Origin: Rhizophagus irregularis
Lineage: Eukaryota
DNA: 64,000 nucleotides
NCBI RefSeq assembly: GCF_026210795.1
Contig: NC_089429.1
Coordinates: 7,812,001-7,876,000 of the forward strand
Direction: 5' to 3'
This document shows positions 10,861 to 24,918 of the stretch, in pieces. The notes under the pieces are model-generated. The model searched no databases, had not been told where the DNA came from, and saw only the letters and a program-made list of their open reading frames with translations. The translations under genes were made by a program, and so were the position numbers. Positions within the stretch are counted from its first letter, which is position 1. The number at the start of each line of letters is the position of its first letter.

Positions 10861-13800
10861 TCCATGAATACGAGATCTGGTTTAGAAACAATATTGGTTC
10901 TAGGAAATCAAAGAAAATTGGATATCTTAATTCTTTAGATAAAGCAGTTCTTTAGATAAAGCAGTAATTTCTCCACAATAGCATGCGATGATGTATATTT
11001 TTTAGATTTTTTGGAACGGGTAATCAAATTAATCGAAAAAAAAATCGAGTAATATGTGATGATATATATTTTTTTAGTGAGGAATCAAATTAATAGAAAA
11101 AAAATATCAGATTTTTAGAGAGCAAGATAATTGAAAAATTGTCGGATTTTGAAATAAAACAAACAAACAAATAAATAAATTATTCAAATTTTATTTGAAC
11201 TTTAAGTTTTATCTTTTCATTTAATCAAAAGTTTTATTTAAATAAAATCAACTTTTACAAACTTTACAATTTTTAAATTGTTACAAAAAAAAAAAATTTG
11301 TACTCGTTCGTGTTTAAGATAGAATAAACCAAATCCAAATCGATTAATATGTGTACATATTTCAACTATAAAATTTACATATTTAAATCTATTTAAATAA
11401 CGAAAAATATCAACGCAAAATATCTCTTCCAGAACGTTCATCTGTTGCTGTTTCGTGATCGTAGGGAATAACGTATAACTTATATAAGAAAAAAGAATTG
11501 TAATATAAAAATGAATCTAAAAATTTAATTTACGAATTAATATTTTTCTTTTAAAGTTTTTACAAACTGAAAACAAATAATCATGACATTTAAATAACGT
11601 ACCAGCGTCGCAGCTAATACAACCTTTATAAACGTCAACGTCATCAGAAGTCGTAGGAGTTCCTTGATTTTTTTGTGGAGATTGAATGAATAACAATCGA
11701 ATTTGAATCATGAAAGTTAAGTGAGCTAAATGCCTATTGTAGACGTTTAGTCTAAATAATATGAAAAATAAATGCGAGATATTTCGCAGAGTTCGGGAGG
11801 GAGATAGTAATTTTTTCTCCCGATGATGCAAGGAAGAAAAGGGTAAGCTAAATGCCTATTTGTAAGCATTTAGTCCAATACTTCTCGTTGCATTTTACTA
11901 TATATAAGTACTGTCTTCTTGTTCACAAAGAGGTATTGTCTTTAGTCTGTAGGTGATGAAACTGAATATTTTGTAATCCATTTGATATTCCTTTGATCCA
12001 ATCCGAATTTTTTTTCAGTTGGACTTTATCTTTAATCCGTTTGAAGAATAATTTGTTATTTAAGTTGTTTGCCCAGCAGCTGAACCAATTGTACAAATTG
12101 TACAGTGTCTTTTTTAACTATTCATAATTAGAGATTGTTTCAGTTAGTTTTAGTCACGAAAAAAAATGAAAAACGTTTGAAAAACGTGAAAACCTTGCAT
12201 AATTCTGTTATTAATCATTAAAAACTTAAATTTGCGCTTGTTAGGAAACCAATTAAATGTTAAAAAAAGCGACAACTACAAAATTACGTTTAAAAAAATC
12301 GCGATGGATTATTGACAGATTATCAAATTAGCACGTGCACTCGTGTTGTTAGATCGTCTTCATTTATTATTAAAATTTCAACAAAGTATTACAATACTTA
12401 ATAATTGTATTAAAGAAACGTGGGGATTTTTTTAAAAACAAAAAATTTTAATCATAAACGAGAGATGTCTAACCATTTGATTTTCATCAATTTTTTTTTT
12501 TTTACCATACCCAAATTGAGAAGTTTAACCCAAATTGAAGTAGAACCTGATTCTTTTAAAAAAGAAATCTTATGAAAGTAGTCTACAATTCTACAATTCT
12601 ATAATTATTATTATAAAACACATTATTAATAATACATTAATAATAATACCTTTCAAAATTTTTTTCCCACCGAGATCAGGATATAGGCCAAAATTATATT
12701 CATTCAATTTGAATATGCATAATTTTTTTTTTTTAAAGATCATTAAGATAAAACGAATAGAATTTTCTTATAATTATATCAAACTTTAATTTTTTTTTTT
12801 CGTAGAATAGAAATACCAAGAACTACATGCGTTGAATAATTTTGGTTAACATTTTTTTTATCAATCAAAAAATTCAGAATATTAATTATGGCTTGCGGAA
12901 AGGAATATCCAAATTAGTTTAAAGTATACCTTTTTAAACTCTAAATGTTACCATGTATTTTACGTATTTGTAAATCAATTACTTTTTTATTCAAATCTTT
13001 TATTCGATATCGGAGAAACTCCAAGTAAAGATCACGTTAATTATTTACTTTTTATTTACAAATAATTGAGATTTAATCTTTTCATTTGAAAAAAAATAAA
13101 ATTCTGCTAAACCAAAAAAATTATATCCTTAAAAACAAAAATCAAAAAAAAAAAAATTTAACTTTTTTTTTGTGAACCACAATTTAAATTTGGATATTTG
13201 GCGTGATATGAAGTTGTAGGTATCAAGTTTTTTTTTAAAAAAAAATTTTTTATTTTTATTTTACCCCCAAAAAATGAAATCTTTTAGGAAAAGCGTATAT
13301 TATAAATGGGGTTATATATTGTATATTAAAATTATATTAAGCATTCGTAGGAAAGAATTGTTATAAAAAGATGCATTAATTTCCCAAATTCCAAAATACA
13401 AAAAAAAAACCAAATAAATTATTGGTTAAATATAATAATGATTCATGACTTTCCTTCCCCTCATGTCGATATATATTTGTAATTACAAACAATTAAACCG
13501 ATTTTTATATTTGTATATATTTTTCCACTACAAATATTATCGTCATGTTTAAATCATCAAATTCATCACCCTTAAATCATCAAATTCCTTTAACCTGATA
13601 AACCACACGTATTATTTATTGTGTATTACAACTCGCGTATTTATCTGTTCATGATTATCTCGTTTTTATCGTAAATAATCTATGGAACCGTCAAGGTAAT
13701 TGGGGCACAGCCATTGTTTAGCTATTTTGCCATGTGCCCCACTTTCCTCGGTGGTGGATCCCGGCCTCCGCCGATTAAGGTTTAAAATAATTAAGATTTT

Positions 13801-14861
13801 GAAATTCGCCATATTTTTTTTGCGACATCAAAAATGGTTTTAAGAGGTTAAAATACGACTTTTTTTTTTTTTGAGATAAAGTAATTTCTGATTTCTCTCA
13901 TGCTAAAAAATTATTTCAAATCATATTGATTATTATTACATTAGTTAATGAATCATAATGATTATTATCATTACTTCAGTTAATGTTTTAAAAACACGGA
14001 TTAATTTTTTTTTTATTAATTTTGCTTTTCGTTAATTTATTAAATTCTTTCACGTGTGTCTTTTTTTTTCTTTTCTTTTTTCGTAATTTTACCACTCTTA
14101 TTTTTATATTCGAAAAACCGAAACTCTTTTAAAATTATCTTTCGATGTTTTTTTTTGATTTTATCAATTTCTCGTTTTTTTTTTAATTATAAATTCGTTT
14201 TTTTTATTACTCATAAATCGACCACTCGTTAATAAAATAATGAATCGACCACTTTTTTTTACTAAAATAATAAATCGATTAATATACATAATATTTTTTT
14301 ACTTGTGTTTAAAATGTACTGTACGGTATAATGTTGATTTTATTTCTTCTATCGCGCGTATTATTTAAAAATTACTACTAACAGCGTCTCGAAGGTACAT
14401 AGAAAGGATATATAATCGTATAATTATTTTTTTTAAAAAAAAGCGGAGCATACCTTTGAATAGGAGATATAATATAAATTTGAAACTCAAAATAGTACGT
14501 GGCCATTTCACCAATCAATGAAGGTCTCTGTAACGACGGTTGTTGTTTAAAAGCGGAAAGGTTTGGATTAAAAAAGGGAAGGTTAAAAATTTAGATGCTA
14601 AATTAGTGTAGAGGTATGCCGTTTGAAAACAACGTGAATGACCGACCTAAGTTTTAAAAAAACGCTACCGTTAATGTTAGCTTTTATGTCGAAATGACCC
14701 ACCATCCATTTGATCAAATATTATTTATTTTTTTCGTTGAAGAATGTGGAATAGAAATAATTTATATGTAATGAACTCGCTAAATCATTCACTAGATACG
14801 TATCATCACGATATCACTAAAATTATAATAAATTTAAATATTATTTTCATACAATTTATTA

Positions 14862-14932
14862 TATGGTTTAAGTCCATTGACCCCAGTGCGAAACACGGGT
14901 ATGGTTTAAGTCCCATTGACCCCGGTGCGAAA
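14862..14932. repeat. Two direct copies of a ~32 bp motif
   Basis: TATGGTTTAAGTCC(C)ATTGACCCC(A/G)GTGCGAAA at 14862 and 14900. Confidence 0.85.
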
Positions 14933-15029
14933 TCCTTAAATGAAAAATCTCGCAAATTATTGAGTGGTGAATCATTAACTCCTAATAATAATTCATCCCA
15001 GTAGGTAATACTTTAGGATTATAACTTAT

Positions 15030-15170
15030 AAAAAAACATCTTAGAAACCTTAGAATAAAAAATCTTAGAAATAAAAAAAAATCATCTTAGAATAAAAAAC
15101 ATCTTAAAATTAAAAAAAAACCATCTTAGGATAAAAAACATCTTAGAATTAAAAAAACATCTTATAAATA
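15030..15170. repeat. AT-rich minisatellite (AAAAAACATCTTAGAAT-like units)
   Basis: About 7-8 imperfect copies of (A)nCATCTTAG. Confidence 0.8.
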
Positions 15171-18100
15171 AATTACTTACAAATTCTATAATTAAAAATT
15201 TTATCTTAGAAATATAAAATATTTACTATCTTAAATAAAATATATAATATTTTAATTTGAATCATATAACTTATTGTTATTAATTGGAATATCTTGCCCC
15301 TTGCAGTTATTGAGAATGAACATCATACTTGATGTGTTATCTCTGGTCATACCGAAGCAATCCGCAAGTTGAACTGCTAAGTTGAACCGCTATGTAAACA
15401 TTTTAAAAAATATTCATACGGCTTTTTTTTATAATTTGTTATTTAACGCCTACTTGTTAAATAATCTTGATAATATACTCATCAAATATGTCGTTGAAAA
15501 TTTGATTCTGATATAAAGCTAATTTTTCATACAAAACATCCCGGATATAAACTGATTTATACCTGCTATACTATCGTTATATAGAACGCATATAATATTT
15601 CTCTGTGCTTATAAACGTTTAATATTATATATAACAAATGTTCACACTTTCACTTAATTCATCATCATCGATGAGATAAGTGAAACAATTTTAAGACGAC
15701 ACGGAAAATGTCGCAATTTACGCATCACGAAGCTGAATTTCTTTGTTAAACTTTGAACATATTCATAAATTTAGACAAATCCGTTAAGTCCGACATTATA
15801 AATGTAAATAGCGGAAATGGGGGGAAAATATACGCAAAAAAGCGCGTAAGAAAATTAAAGAAGGAAATGTTTTACTTTTGCATGTATTTTTTTTCTCTAA
15901 ACATAACGCCAAATGGTAATGGATTAAATACCATTTTTAATTTTAATTAATTAGAGAACGTACAATCTAATTACCAAATAAACTATTATTGAGGTGTGCA
16001 TATCGAACCCTTGAAATGATGATGATGATAAATGTCTAATCTATATGCGTTTTCATTCATAGCTGACATATGTACAGTATACAGTATGTAGATCTGTGCG
16101 ATGACGCACCAAAAATTAAACGTTAAAATTAAATTTTACGACAATTTTTTCTAAAAAAAACCAATACCAAACAATTTTATTCTAGGAAAAAGAAATAATT
16201 TATCTAAATTTGTTCATATTGACTATTTTATATTTATGTTAATATTTTTTTTTTAAAAAAAAAAATTTAAATTAAGAGATCGTCGTTAAAAAAAGAATTC
16301 ATTTAAACAAAAGTTGCTATAATAAATGTTATTTTTGATCAAAATTCTCATGACACTTATGCATGAGAAAAAAATTTGATTTTTTCTTAAAAAAAAAACT
16401 AAAAATAGATATTTTTTATAATAATGATACAAGATTAATTTTTTTTTTGTTTTGAACTTTATTTTTATTATTTCTATATACCGTAAATGATCCTCGTAAT
16501 TTAAACTTATTGTCAAAAATCAAAAAAAGGGAAAAATACCGGCCTGCATTACCTTAATTTTCCTGATTTTTTAAATGAATTTAAGATTCATGTGAATTTC
16601 GATTGATAAATATATTTTTTATCCCTACCTAGTAATCGTAGTAACAACAATCAATATATACATTTAGAATAATTAGTTTGTCCGAAGGAACTTTACCTTA
16701 CGTTATGTTGAGGACAATGTTTCCAAATTAGATTTTTTTTTGGGGCAAAAATATTATTAACATATTATTTATATTATTTATTTATATTATTCATTTGTAT
16801 TATTTATTTGTATTGTTTATTTGTATTATTTATTTATATTATTTATTATTTGTATTATTTATTAGTACTATTTTATTTATATTATTTTATTTATATTATC
16901 TGTTTATACTTTATTAATTAGTAGTAATTTGCATTAGGCATGATAATTCCTTTAGTATGTAAGATAGTGCCGATAATTCACATGAGACAAATACCTAGAA
17001 ATAAAATAAAATTTCTAAATATAGACATTTTTTTAAACATCTAGTTCTAAGTCAGCCAACAATTTTATCTATTATAATCTGTTAAAAATGGTAGATCAGA
17101 CAACCCAATTTTATAATTAAAGTGTTTATCAACTTCACCACAAATAACTTCTTCGTCTTCATATAATTAATAATTTATATTATTATTTTGAATAATTATC
17201 ATAGTTGCGCCGATCAGTGCATTTTCATCATCATGTGATATATCATAAGAGCCAATCAAGGCCATGATATGAGAATTATTAATAGAAATTTGTACAGAAT
17301 GAATTTGAATTTGATTTAAATTTTTTTCGTAATTTACTAGGAATTTCAGGGTATTTATATAATAAAGAATCGTAAATCATAAGGAATTTTTTCAAAATTT
17401 AAAAAAATAATTTATTTGGAACATCATAAAGCGGTAATTGTTAAATTAAAATTGATCGAGAACATTTTTCAAAACAAAATATATGTTACATAAATTATAT
17501 ATAATATTGCGTAATTGTACTCGAAAGAAATAAACGCTGTCATTGTTTCTGTTACCTTACACAATAAAATTTTCACTCTGTTCTATAATACATTCGACCA
17601 TATTATAAAAATTGTCAAAGATAGCTAATTATCATTTTCAATTAATTATTTTAAATATATTATTTTTAAAATTAAATTTGGGTTCTTCACATACCGTGAT
17701 TATTCTTCAAAAGAAATTCAGCTAGAAAGGAACTTTTACAAGAATTTTGCCTATTTAAGATTAAGAATTAATTTAAAAGAGATATTAATGTAACACAAAA
17801 CGCCTTTGCCTTACCGAATTTTTTAATTTTTTTTTTCAATTATTTATTCTTTAAAAATATATATATATAAAATGTAATAAACGAACATAAATATGATATC
17901 AAAATATCCATTATTGACAGATTGAATATTTTAGTTATTTGATAATAAATTAATTAAACGACCTAATTAGTAATGCAAGTAAATAATGCGTATTATGTTT
18001 TATCGATTATATATATACAATACTTTCTACAATTTGCAAAGAAAATCTAAATGTCTAATATATTATATACGAAATTTGTGGTAAAAAAACTGATTATACA

Positions 18101-18835
18101 TTCTCAACTGATGAACGGTGCAATTATTGTTTTAAATCAGGCTTGCATTCACATTACATTTGCAAAGCCTGCATTCGAATCTAGGAAGGAGTGATGGTGA
18201 TTATATATATGAGTTTGTGATCTATCCTACAGCTCGACGCCGATCCTTTGTACATTAGAGTGAGTTCGCTAACAATTTTTTAAAGATCACAAATTTTAAG
18301 GAGCACGTGAGAATTAAATACTGCTCGGTATTATATGAGAGCTCGACATCGAATGAGAGGTCGATAAATAAAAATGGGCATAATTAGTCATTTACTATGG
18401 AAAGATTGTGTAAAATTTTACAATTTATCACATTTTTTCGGTTTGAGAGACCCGTAAAAAAAGCAGAAACATTTATCAAAAACTGTGCAATACGTGCACG
18501 ATATCGGGTACCAGATATATACCCGATAGCATTGAAGGATTAACTTTTGGCGATAGATATGCAAGGACACTAACAATTAGCATGGCAAGAAAAAAAATTA
18601 AACAATTATTTTTCGCACGAAAAGAAATATATTGTGTAGACAATTGAATGACATATTAAATAAAACAAAATAGGAAATTGATAGGTCTATAGTAAAAGTT
18701 TTCTAATTGTTGCGTATACTAACTATATCAAAGACTTATCGGCTAATTGATAGCTTTTCATAAAAACCACACAACATCCACGCTATATACTATACAACAT
18801 ACATTTACTCTCAGACTATAACATACATATGTTTG

Positions 18836-19300
18836 TTACTTCGCTTTACTAACTACCCACTTCTGACTGTTACTACCAGTTTTGTGCTTTAGTTTAACTG
18901 TAATTATACTAGTACCTATGGTTCGTTCTGCTGTTAGAGCCTGGGTATGATTATTGCAGGGATGAATAAAATCCCCATGAAAATGCCAACATTGGGTAGG
19001 TTCAAGATTAGTGCGTAAAAGAAGGAGTCCCTTGTTAGGACCAAGGGATTGAACGGATTCGCCATGAAATCTATCGATGGAACTACCCTTTACACTGCCA
19101 AGAGGAACGCGAAAAGGAACAGTTGTCAATTTAAGAGAGCTAGAACTTTTTGGTTGTAAAATAACAAAACGTCTGGTATCTAATGTCCAAAAAAGATTCG
19201 TGCTTTTTAATTTAATATTCACTTGACAGGGTTTCCAATTTTGGCTTAAAGCAACAGCAATAAGGGTGGTTAAAAGGAGCAAAAGGAAGTTAAATCTCAT
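18836..19300 (-). CDS. Small secreted protein (154 aa), ricin-B / beta-trefoil-like candidate effector or lectin
   Basis: Intronless ATG ORF with hydrophobic signal peptide MRFNFLLLLLTTLIAVALS, QxW motifs (TQCWHF, SQKWVV) and an IHPCNN...ALTA segment. The fold is inferred from motifs only. Confidence 0.85.
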   Translation of the reverse strand: MRFNFLLLLLTTLIAVALSQNWKPCQVNIKLKSTNLFWTLDTRRFVILQPKSSSSLKLTTVPFRVPLGSVKGSSIDRFHGESVQSLGPNKGLLLLRTNLEPTQCWHFHGDFIHPCNNHTQALTAERTIGTSIITVKLKHKTGSNSQKWVVSKAK

Positions 19301-19479
19301 TTTGATTTTCTTAGATTTTTACTTTTTTTTCTGTAGAGAAGAATGTTTTATTTCTGTTTCAAATAGTGCGAAGTTTAGGACATATTTATACATGTAAAGA
19401 TCAATATAGAGGCTTGTTTAGCGAAGTCATAAGTTTAAATGATTAGATTCAGTTATCCAAAAAGAATTCTTTCTTCTAA

Positions 19480-20310
19480 AAGAATTATTGATGCTTAGGC
19501 TACAGGATTAAATCGCGGCTTTGAATAGATGATTTTTGCTGTACTGTTTGTGAACGAGCTATACGCCTATACCATCTTTGACACGTCACATAGTATTACA
19601 CAACGGCTTAGCGCTTTAAAATTGGAAATCTCATGAAAGTTATAATAGAGTTTAAATGTATTATAAACCTAAGTTGGGTTATGTATAAAAATGGAAACCA
19701 GAATACTGATACGTAAATGATTCTCTCACCTAAAAGAAGGATTATTGATGCTTAGGCTACAGGATTAAATCGCGGCTTTGAATAGATGATTTTTGCTATG
19801 CTGTTTGTGAACGAGCTATACGCCTATACCCATCTTTGGCACGTCACATAGCATTACGTTATTAGTTACACAACGGCTTAGCAGGCTTTAAAATGTTGGG
19901 GAAATCCTTATGAAAGTTATAATAGAGTTTAAATGTATTATAAACCTAAGTTGGATTATGTATAAAAATGGAAACCAGAATACTGATACGTAAATGAATT
20001 CTCTCATCTAAAAGGATTATTGATGCTCAGGCTACAGGATTAAATCGCGGCTTTGAATAGATGATTTTTGCTGTGCTGTTTGTGAACGAGCTATACGCCT
20101 ATACCATCTTTGACACGTCACATAGTATTACGTTATTAGTTACACAATGGCTTAGCAGGTTTTAAAATGTTAAGGAAACCTCATGAAAAGTTAAACCTAA
20201 GTTGGATTATGTATAAAAATGGAAACCAGAATACTGATACGTAAATGAATTCTCTCATCTAAAAGGATTATTGATGCTTAGGCCACAGGATAAATTGCGG
20301 CTTTGAATAC
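19480..20310. repeat. ~250-270 bp tandem repeat (3 units plus a partial) directly upstream of the secreted-protein gene
   Basis: ATTATTGATGCT(T/C)AGGC(T/C)ACAGGAT recurs at ~19484, ~19741, ~20016 and ~20267; another copy lies at ~24898-25180. Confidence 0.95.
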
Positions 20311-21841
20311 TATGTAACACGTAGAAAAAGGTGTTTGGCGTGTACCGAGAATTATTTTTTATGTATATTTTTTTTATCTTATGTAGTTAGGGGAGGTGGT
20401 GAAAATATAATGAGTTGAAGGGAAGTTTATTATAATTCTAGTTACAAGAAAATTCTAAAGAGGAAATAAAACATTTAAGATTATTACAAATAATCCGGAG
20501 AGATTAGACGAGGTCACATATCAAACCCTCGAATGATGATGATGACGTTGATGACAACAATGTCTAATCTATATGCGTTTTCATTCATAGCTGACATATG
20601 TACAGTATGTAGATCTGTGCGATGACGCACCAAAAAATTAACGTTGATCGTCACGAAGCAAATTTTTCTTTTTTTATTCTAGAAAAAAGAAATAATTTAT
20701 CTAAACTTGTTCATATTGACTATTTTATATACATGATTATTTTATGTTAATATTTTTTTTTAAAAAAAAAAGTTTAAATGAAGAGATCGTCGTTAAAAAA
20801 AGAATTCATTTAAACAATAAAAGATGAAAGTTGCCTATAATAAATGTTACTTTTGAATTAGCTGAAATTAAAAATCATTTTCATGATACTTAAATTGATT
20901 CTTTCTTAAAAAAAAACTAAAAATAGATATTTTTTATAATAATGATATGAGATTAATTTTTTTTTGTTTTGAACTTTATTTTTATTATTTCTATATAAAC
21001 GATCCTCGTAATTTAAACTTTATTGTCAAAATCAAAAAAAAAGGGAAAAATACCGGCCTGCTTTACTTTTAAATTTACCTGATTTTCCTGATTTTTTAAA
21101 TGAATTTAAAATCCGTGTGAATTTCGATTGATAAATATATTTTTGTATTCCCACCTAATGACAATTAGAATAATTCGTCCATAAAGGAACTTACCTTACG
21201 CTTTGCTGAGGCAATGTTTCCAAATTAGATTTTTTTGGGGTAAAAATTTTATCAACATATTATTTATATTATTTATTTGTATTATTCATTTGTATTATTT
21301 ATTTGTATTGTTTATTTTATTTGTATTGTTTATTTGTATTATTTTATTTATATTATTTTATATATTTATAGTATTATTTTATTTATATTGTCTGTTTATA
21401 TCTGATATTAGTAGTAATTTGCATTAGGAACTGCGAGTATTTCGGCTGCATGATATTGAAATGATTAATCAATTCTTTTGTTAATTCCTTTAGTATGTAA
21501 GATAGTAGTCGATAGTGCGTGCTGATAATTCACACGAGACAAATTCATCATTTACCTAGAAATAAAATAAAATTCGATTTTTTTTCCTAAATACAGACAT
21601 TTTTTTTAAACATCTAGTTTATTGAAATCATTTTACTAAGTCAGCCAACGATTTCATCTAGTATATTCTCGATTAAACTGTTAAAATGGTAGTAGATTAC
21701 TAGACAATCCAATTTTCTGAAAATTATAATTAAATTATTTAATAAACTTCACCACAAACAACTTCTTCGTCCCCATATAATAAATAATTCATATTATTAT
21801 TTTAATAAAATTTAAATCCTTTGATAAGGAAAATACATTTT

Positions 21842-22993
21842 TACGCGGGTGCGTAGTAACGCACCCCCTTTTGGTAATTTTCTCATAGTAAATATGTCGA
21901 TCATTTCTTATCACGTGACATCGTTAAATTTGAATAAATGTCGAATAAACTTTATGTACATATTATAGAGCTGAATCACATTCCCCTTTCCAGAATAAAA
22001 AAAATCGCAGAAGTCTGATAAAGACAAAAAGAAAAACTTGAAATCCCTCAAAGGGAAGAAGGCGGATCCTAAGGTTTCTACCTCTTCGAAAAAATCCCGC
22101 GACAAATCCAAGAAAACCACAAAAGTGAACGACGATACGCGGTCTTTGTTGAAATTAATCCTGAATCTCCTCTCTTAGATTTCAAGCAAAATCCTTCGAA
22201 ATAATAGAAGGCGTCCCTTATACCATAAAACGGTTGCTAATACCCTTCTATTTCTTTTTTGTTATGTAGGATCCCACGGTAGGGTAGTGGGGAGACTTTT
22301 TAAGGAGTGTATAGTTGTTTTCGTAGGTAGATGTAGTTCTTTAGGTTTTTTTTTTTAGCTTTAGCTTTTTTTCCTACCCCCTTTTTTTATTTTCCTTTAC
22401 GGTCATATTCCTTTCCCCAGTGCGTTATTTTATTTTTTTTATTTTTTTTTCGTTTCAACTTGGCTGATTCTGTCGTGTTTTGGTCAAAGGTCTTTCTTGA
22501 AACCACTTGATGGGTCTGGCTTAGCTAGATGATATTACTTCAGATCCTGTACTTTGTACTTTGTATCGTCGATAGTAATTTCCTGATTTACATAAAATAA
22601 ACATATTATAGAGCTTTTAAAAGACACGTACTATGCGTATTTTTGCTTGCCCTATATAAAATATTGTCCAAACACTGTTCGGTTTTTTGTTTGGAAAATC
22701 GACCCCGTCCCGAACATTTACTTGACATTTATTGGACATTTGGACATTCATCATGATATTATACATTTTTTTATGTGGTTAAAAATTCTCAATCTCCACA
22801 TCTTGTATTAAATTGTAACAAATATTGTATAATAGCATGGGAAAATTGACCCCATTCCGAATATTTATCGGACAACATTGTTTTATAGGGTTGCTTTACA
22901 ATTGTACTTAAAGAACAAAGTATGGTTTAGAATGGTGTTTTTGACTTTTATATGTGAGATATTATAAAGGGTGCGTTGCAACGCACCTGCGTA
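21842..22993. mobile_element. Non-autonomous TIR element with internally palindromic ~28 bp TIRs
   Basis: Left TACGCGGGTGCGTAGTAACGCACCCCTT; right end reverse-complemented TACGCAGGTGCGTTGCAACGCACCCTTT. Terminal TA at both ends. Absent from the paralogous position in unit A (~17190). Confidence 0.75.
21973..22600 (+). mobile_element. 5'-truncated non-LTR retroelement insertion (628 bp) with 15 bp TSD
   Basis: Exact direct repeat ACATATTATAGAGCT at 21958-21972 and 22601-22615, and an A-rich 3' end. Carries the end of a Lys/Ser-rich ORF (KSDKDKKKNLKSLKGKK...RSLLKLILNLLS*, stop 22176-22178). Confidence 0.8.
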
Positions 22994-24690
22994 TAAAATT
23001 TAAATCCTTTTGATTTGATAATTATCATAAGATTTTGAGTTGCACAGATCAGGGCATTTTCATCATCATGTGATATCATAAGAACCAATCAAGGCCATGA
23101 TATGAGAATTATTAATAGAGTGAATTTGATTTAAATTTTTTTGTAGGTTTACTAGAAATTTCAGAGCATTTTATATAAAAGAATCGTAAATCATGAGGAA
23201 TTTTTTCAAATTTTAAATAATTTATTTGGAACGGAACAATTCATTCAAATATTGCGCTTTAATCATAAAGCGGTAATTGTTGAATTAAAATTGATCGAGA
23301 ACATTTTTCATATGCTACATTAATAAATTATATATAATATTGCGCAATTGTACTCGAAAGAAATAAACGCTGTCATTGTTTCTGTTACCTTACACAATAA
23401 AATTTTCATTCTGTTCTATAATACATTCGATCATATTATAAAAATTGATTCTCAATTATATATTATTTTTAAAATTAAATTTGGGTTCTTCACACACCAT
23501 GATTATTCGCCAAAAGAAATTCAACTAAAAAGGAACTTTTACAAGAATTTTTTAAAGTTAAGAATTAATTTAATTAGCATGAAATCAAAAGAGAGATTGA
23601 TGTAACACAAACCGCCTTTGCCTTTTAATTTTTTTTTTCAATTATTTATTCTTTAAAAATATTTATATATATAAAATGTAATAAACGAACATAAATATGA
23701 TATTAAAATATCCATTATTGACAGATTGAATATTTTAGTTATTTGATAATAAATTAATTAAACGACCTAATTAGTAATGCAAGTAAATAATGCGTATTAT
23801 GTTTTATCGATTATATATATACAATACTTTCTACAATTTGCAAAGAAAATCTAAATGTCTAATATATTATATACGAAATTTGTGGTAAAAAACTGATTAT
23901 ACATTCTTAACTGATGAACGGTGCAATTATTGTTTTAAATCAGGCTTGCATTCACATTACATTTGCAAAGCCTGCATTCGAATCTAGGAAGGAGTGATGG
24001 TGATTATATATATACTGTATGAGTTTGTGATCTATCCTACAGCTCGACACCGATCCTTTGTACATTAGAGTGAGTTCGCTAACAATTTTTTAAAGATCAC
24101 AAATTTTAAAGAGCACGTGAAAATTAAATACCGCTCGGTATTATATGAGAGCTCGACATTGATCCTTTATACATGAGAGGTCGATAAATAAAAATGGTCA
24201 TAATTAGTCATTTACTATGGAAAGATTGTGTAAAATTTTACAATTTATCACATTTTTTCGGTTTGAGACCCGTAAAAAAAAGCAGAAACATTTATCAAAA
24301 ACTGTGCAATACGTGCACGATATCTGTAATATGTATCACCGAATTTACGCATAAATAATACACATATTGGGTACCCGATATATACCCGATAGCATTGAAG
24401 GATTAACTTTTGGCGATAGATATGCAAGGACTAACAATTAGCATGAAAAGAAAAAAAAATTAAACAATTTATTTTCGCACGAAAAGAAATATATTGTGTA
24501 GACAATTGAATGACATTAAATAAAACAAAATAGGAAATTGATAGTTCTATAAAAGTTTTCCAATTGTTGCGTATACTATATCAAAGACTTATTTGCTAAT
24601 TGATAGCTTTTCATAAAAACCACACAACATCCACGCTATACTATACTATCAACATACATTTACTCTCCGACTATAACATACATATGTTTG

Positions 24691-24918
24691 TTACTTCACT
24701 TTACTAACTACCCACTTCTGACGGTTACTACTACCTATGCACTCAAGTTTGACTATACATGGACCTGGTCCAGGTCCTGATGCTGTTAGAGCCAGACTAA
24801 GGTTATTGCAGGGTTGAATGAATTCATTTTGGAAATGCCAACATTGATTAATAGGATTACGAACAGTGCTAGAAAGAGTGATTCCCTTGTGAAGACCTGT
24901 TTGTGAACGAGAAACCAT
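24691..24918 (-). pseudogene. 5'-truncated divergent paralogue of the secreted QxW protein
   Basis: Encodes NQCWHF...IQPCNN...ALTA...QKWVVSKVK. At ~24897 the coding sequence joins the upstream ~270 bp repeat, removing the signal peptide and N-terminal half; a repeat-derived ATG (24918) stays in frame. Confidence 0.8.

Larger units (their letters stand above)
15993..20310. repeat. Tandem segmental duplication, unit A (carries the intact secreted-protein gene)
   Basis: Colinear with 20512-25180 from ...AATGTCTAATCTATATGCGTTTTCATTCATAGCTGAC through the gene 3' end and the upstream ~270 bp repeat. Confidence 0.9.

Noticed and set aside
11517..12130. Cys-containing minus-strand ORF fragments
   Set aside because: Interrupted frames and no convincing domain.
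13700..13741. TGGGGCACA / TGTGCCCCA inverted repeat as a MITE
   Set aside because: Only a 9 bp stem, with no TSD or second copy in the window.
21203..21427. Hydrophobic membrane-protein-like ORF
   Set aside because: Translation of a low-complexity (TTTATATTA)n tract with a non-ATG start; the frame is not evidently kept in the paralogous tract at ~16720-16930.
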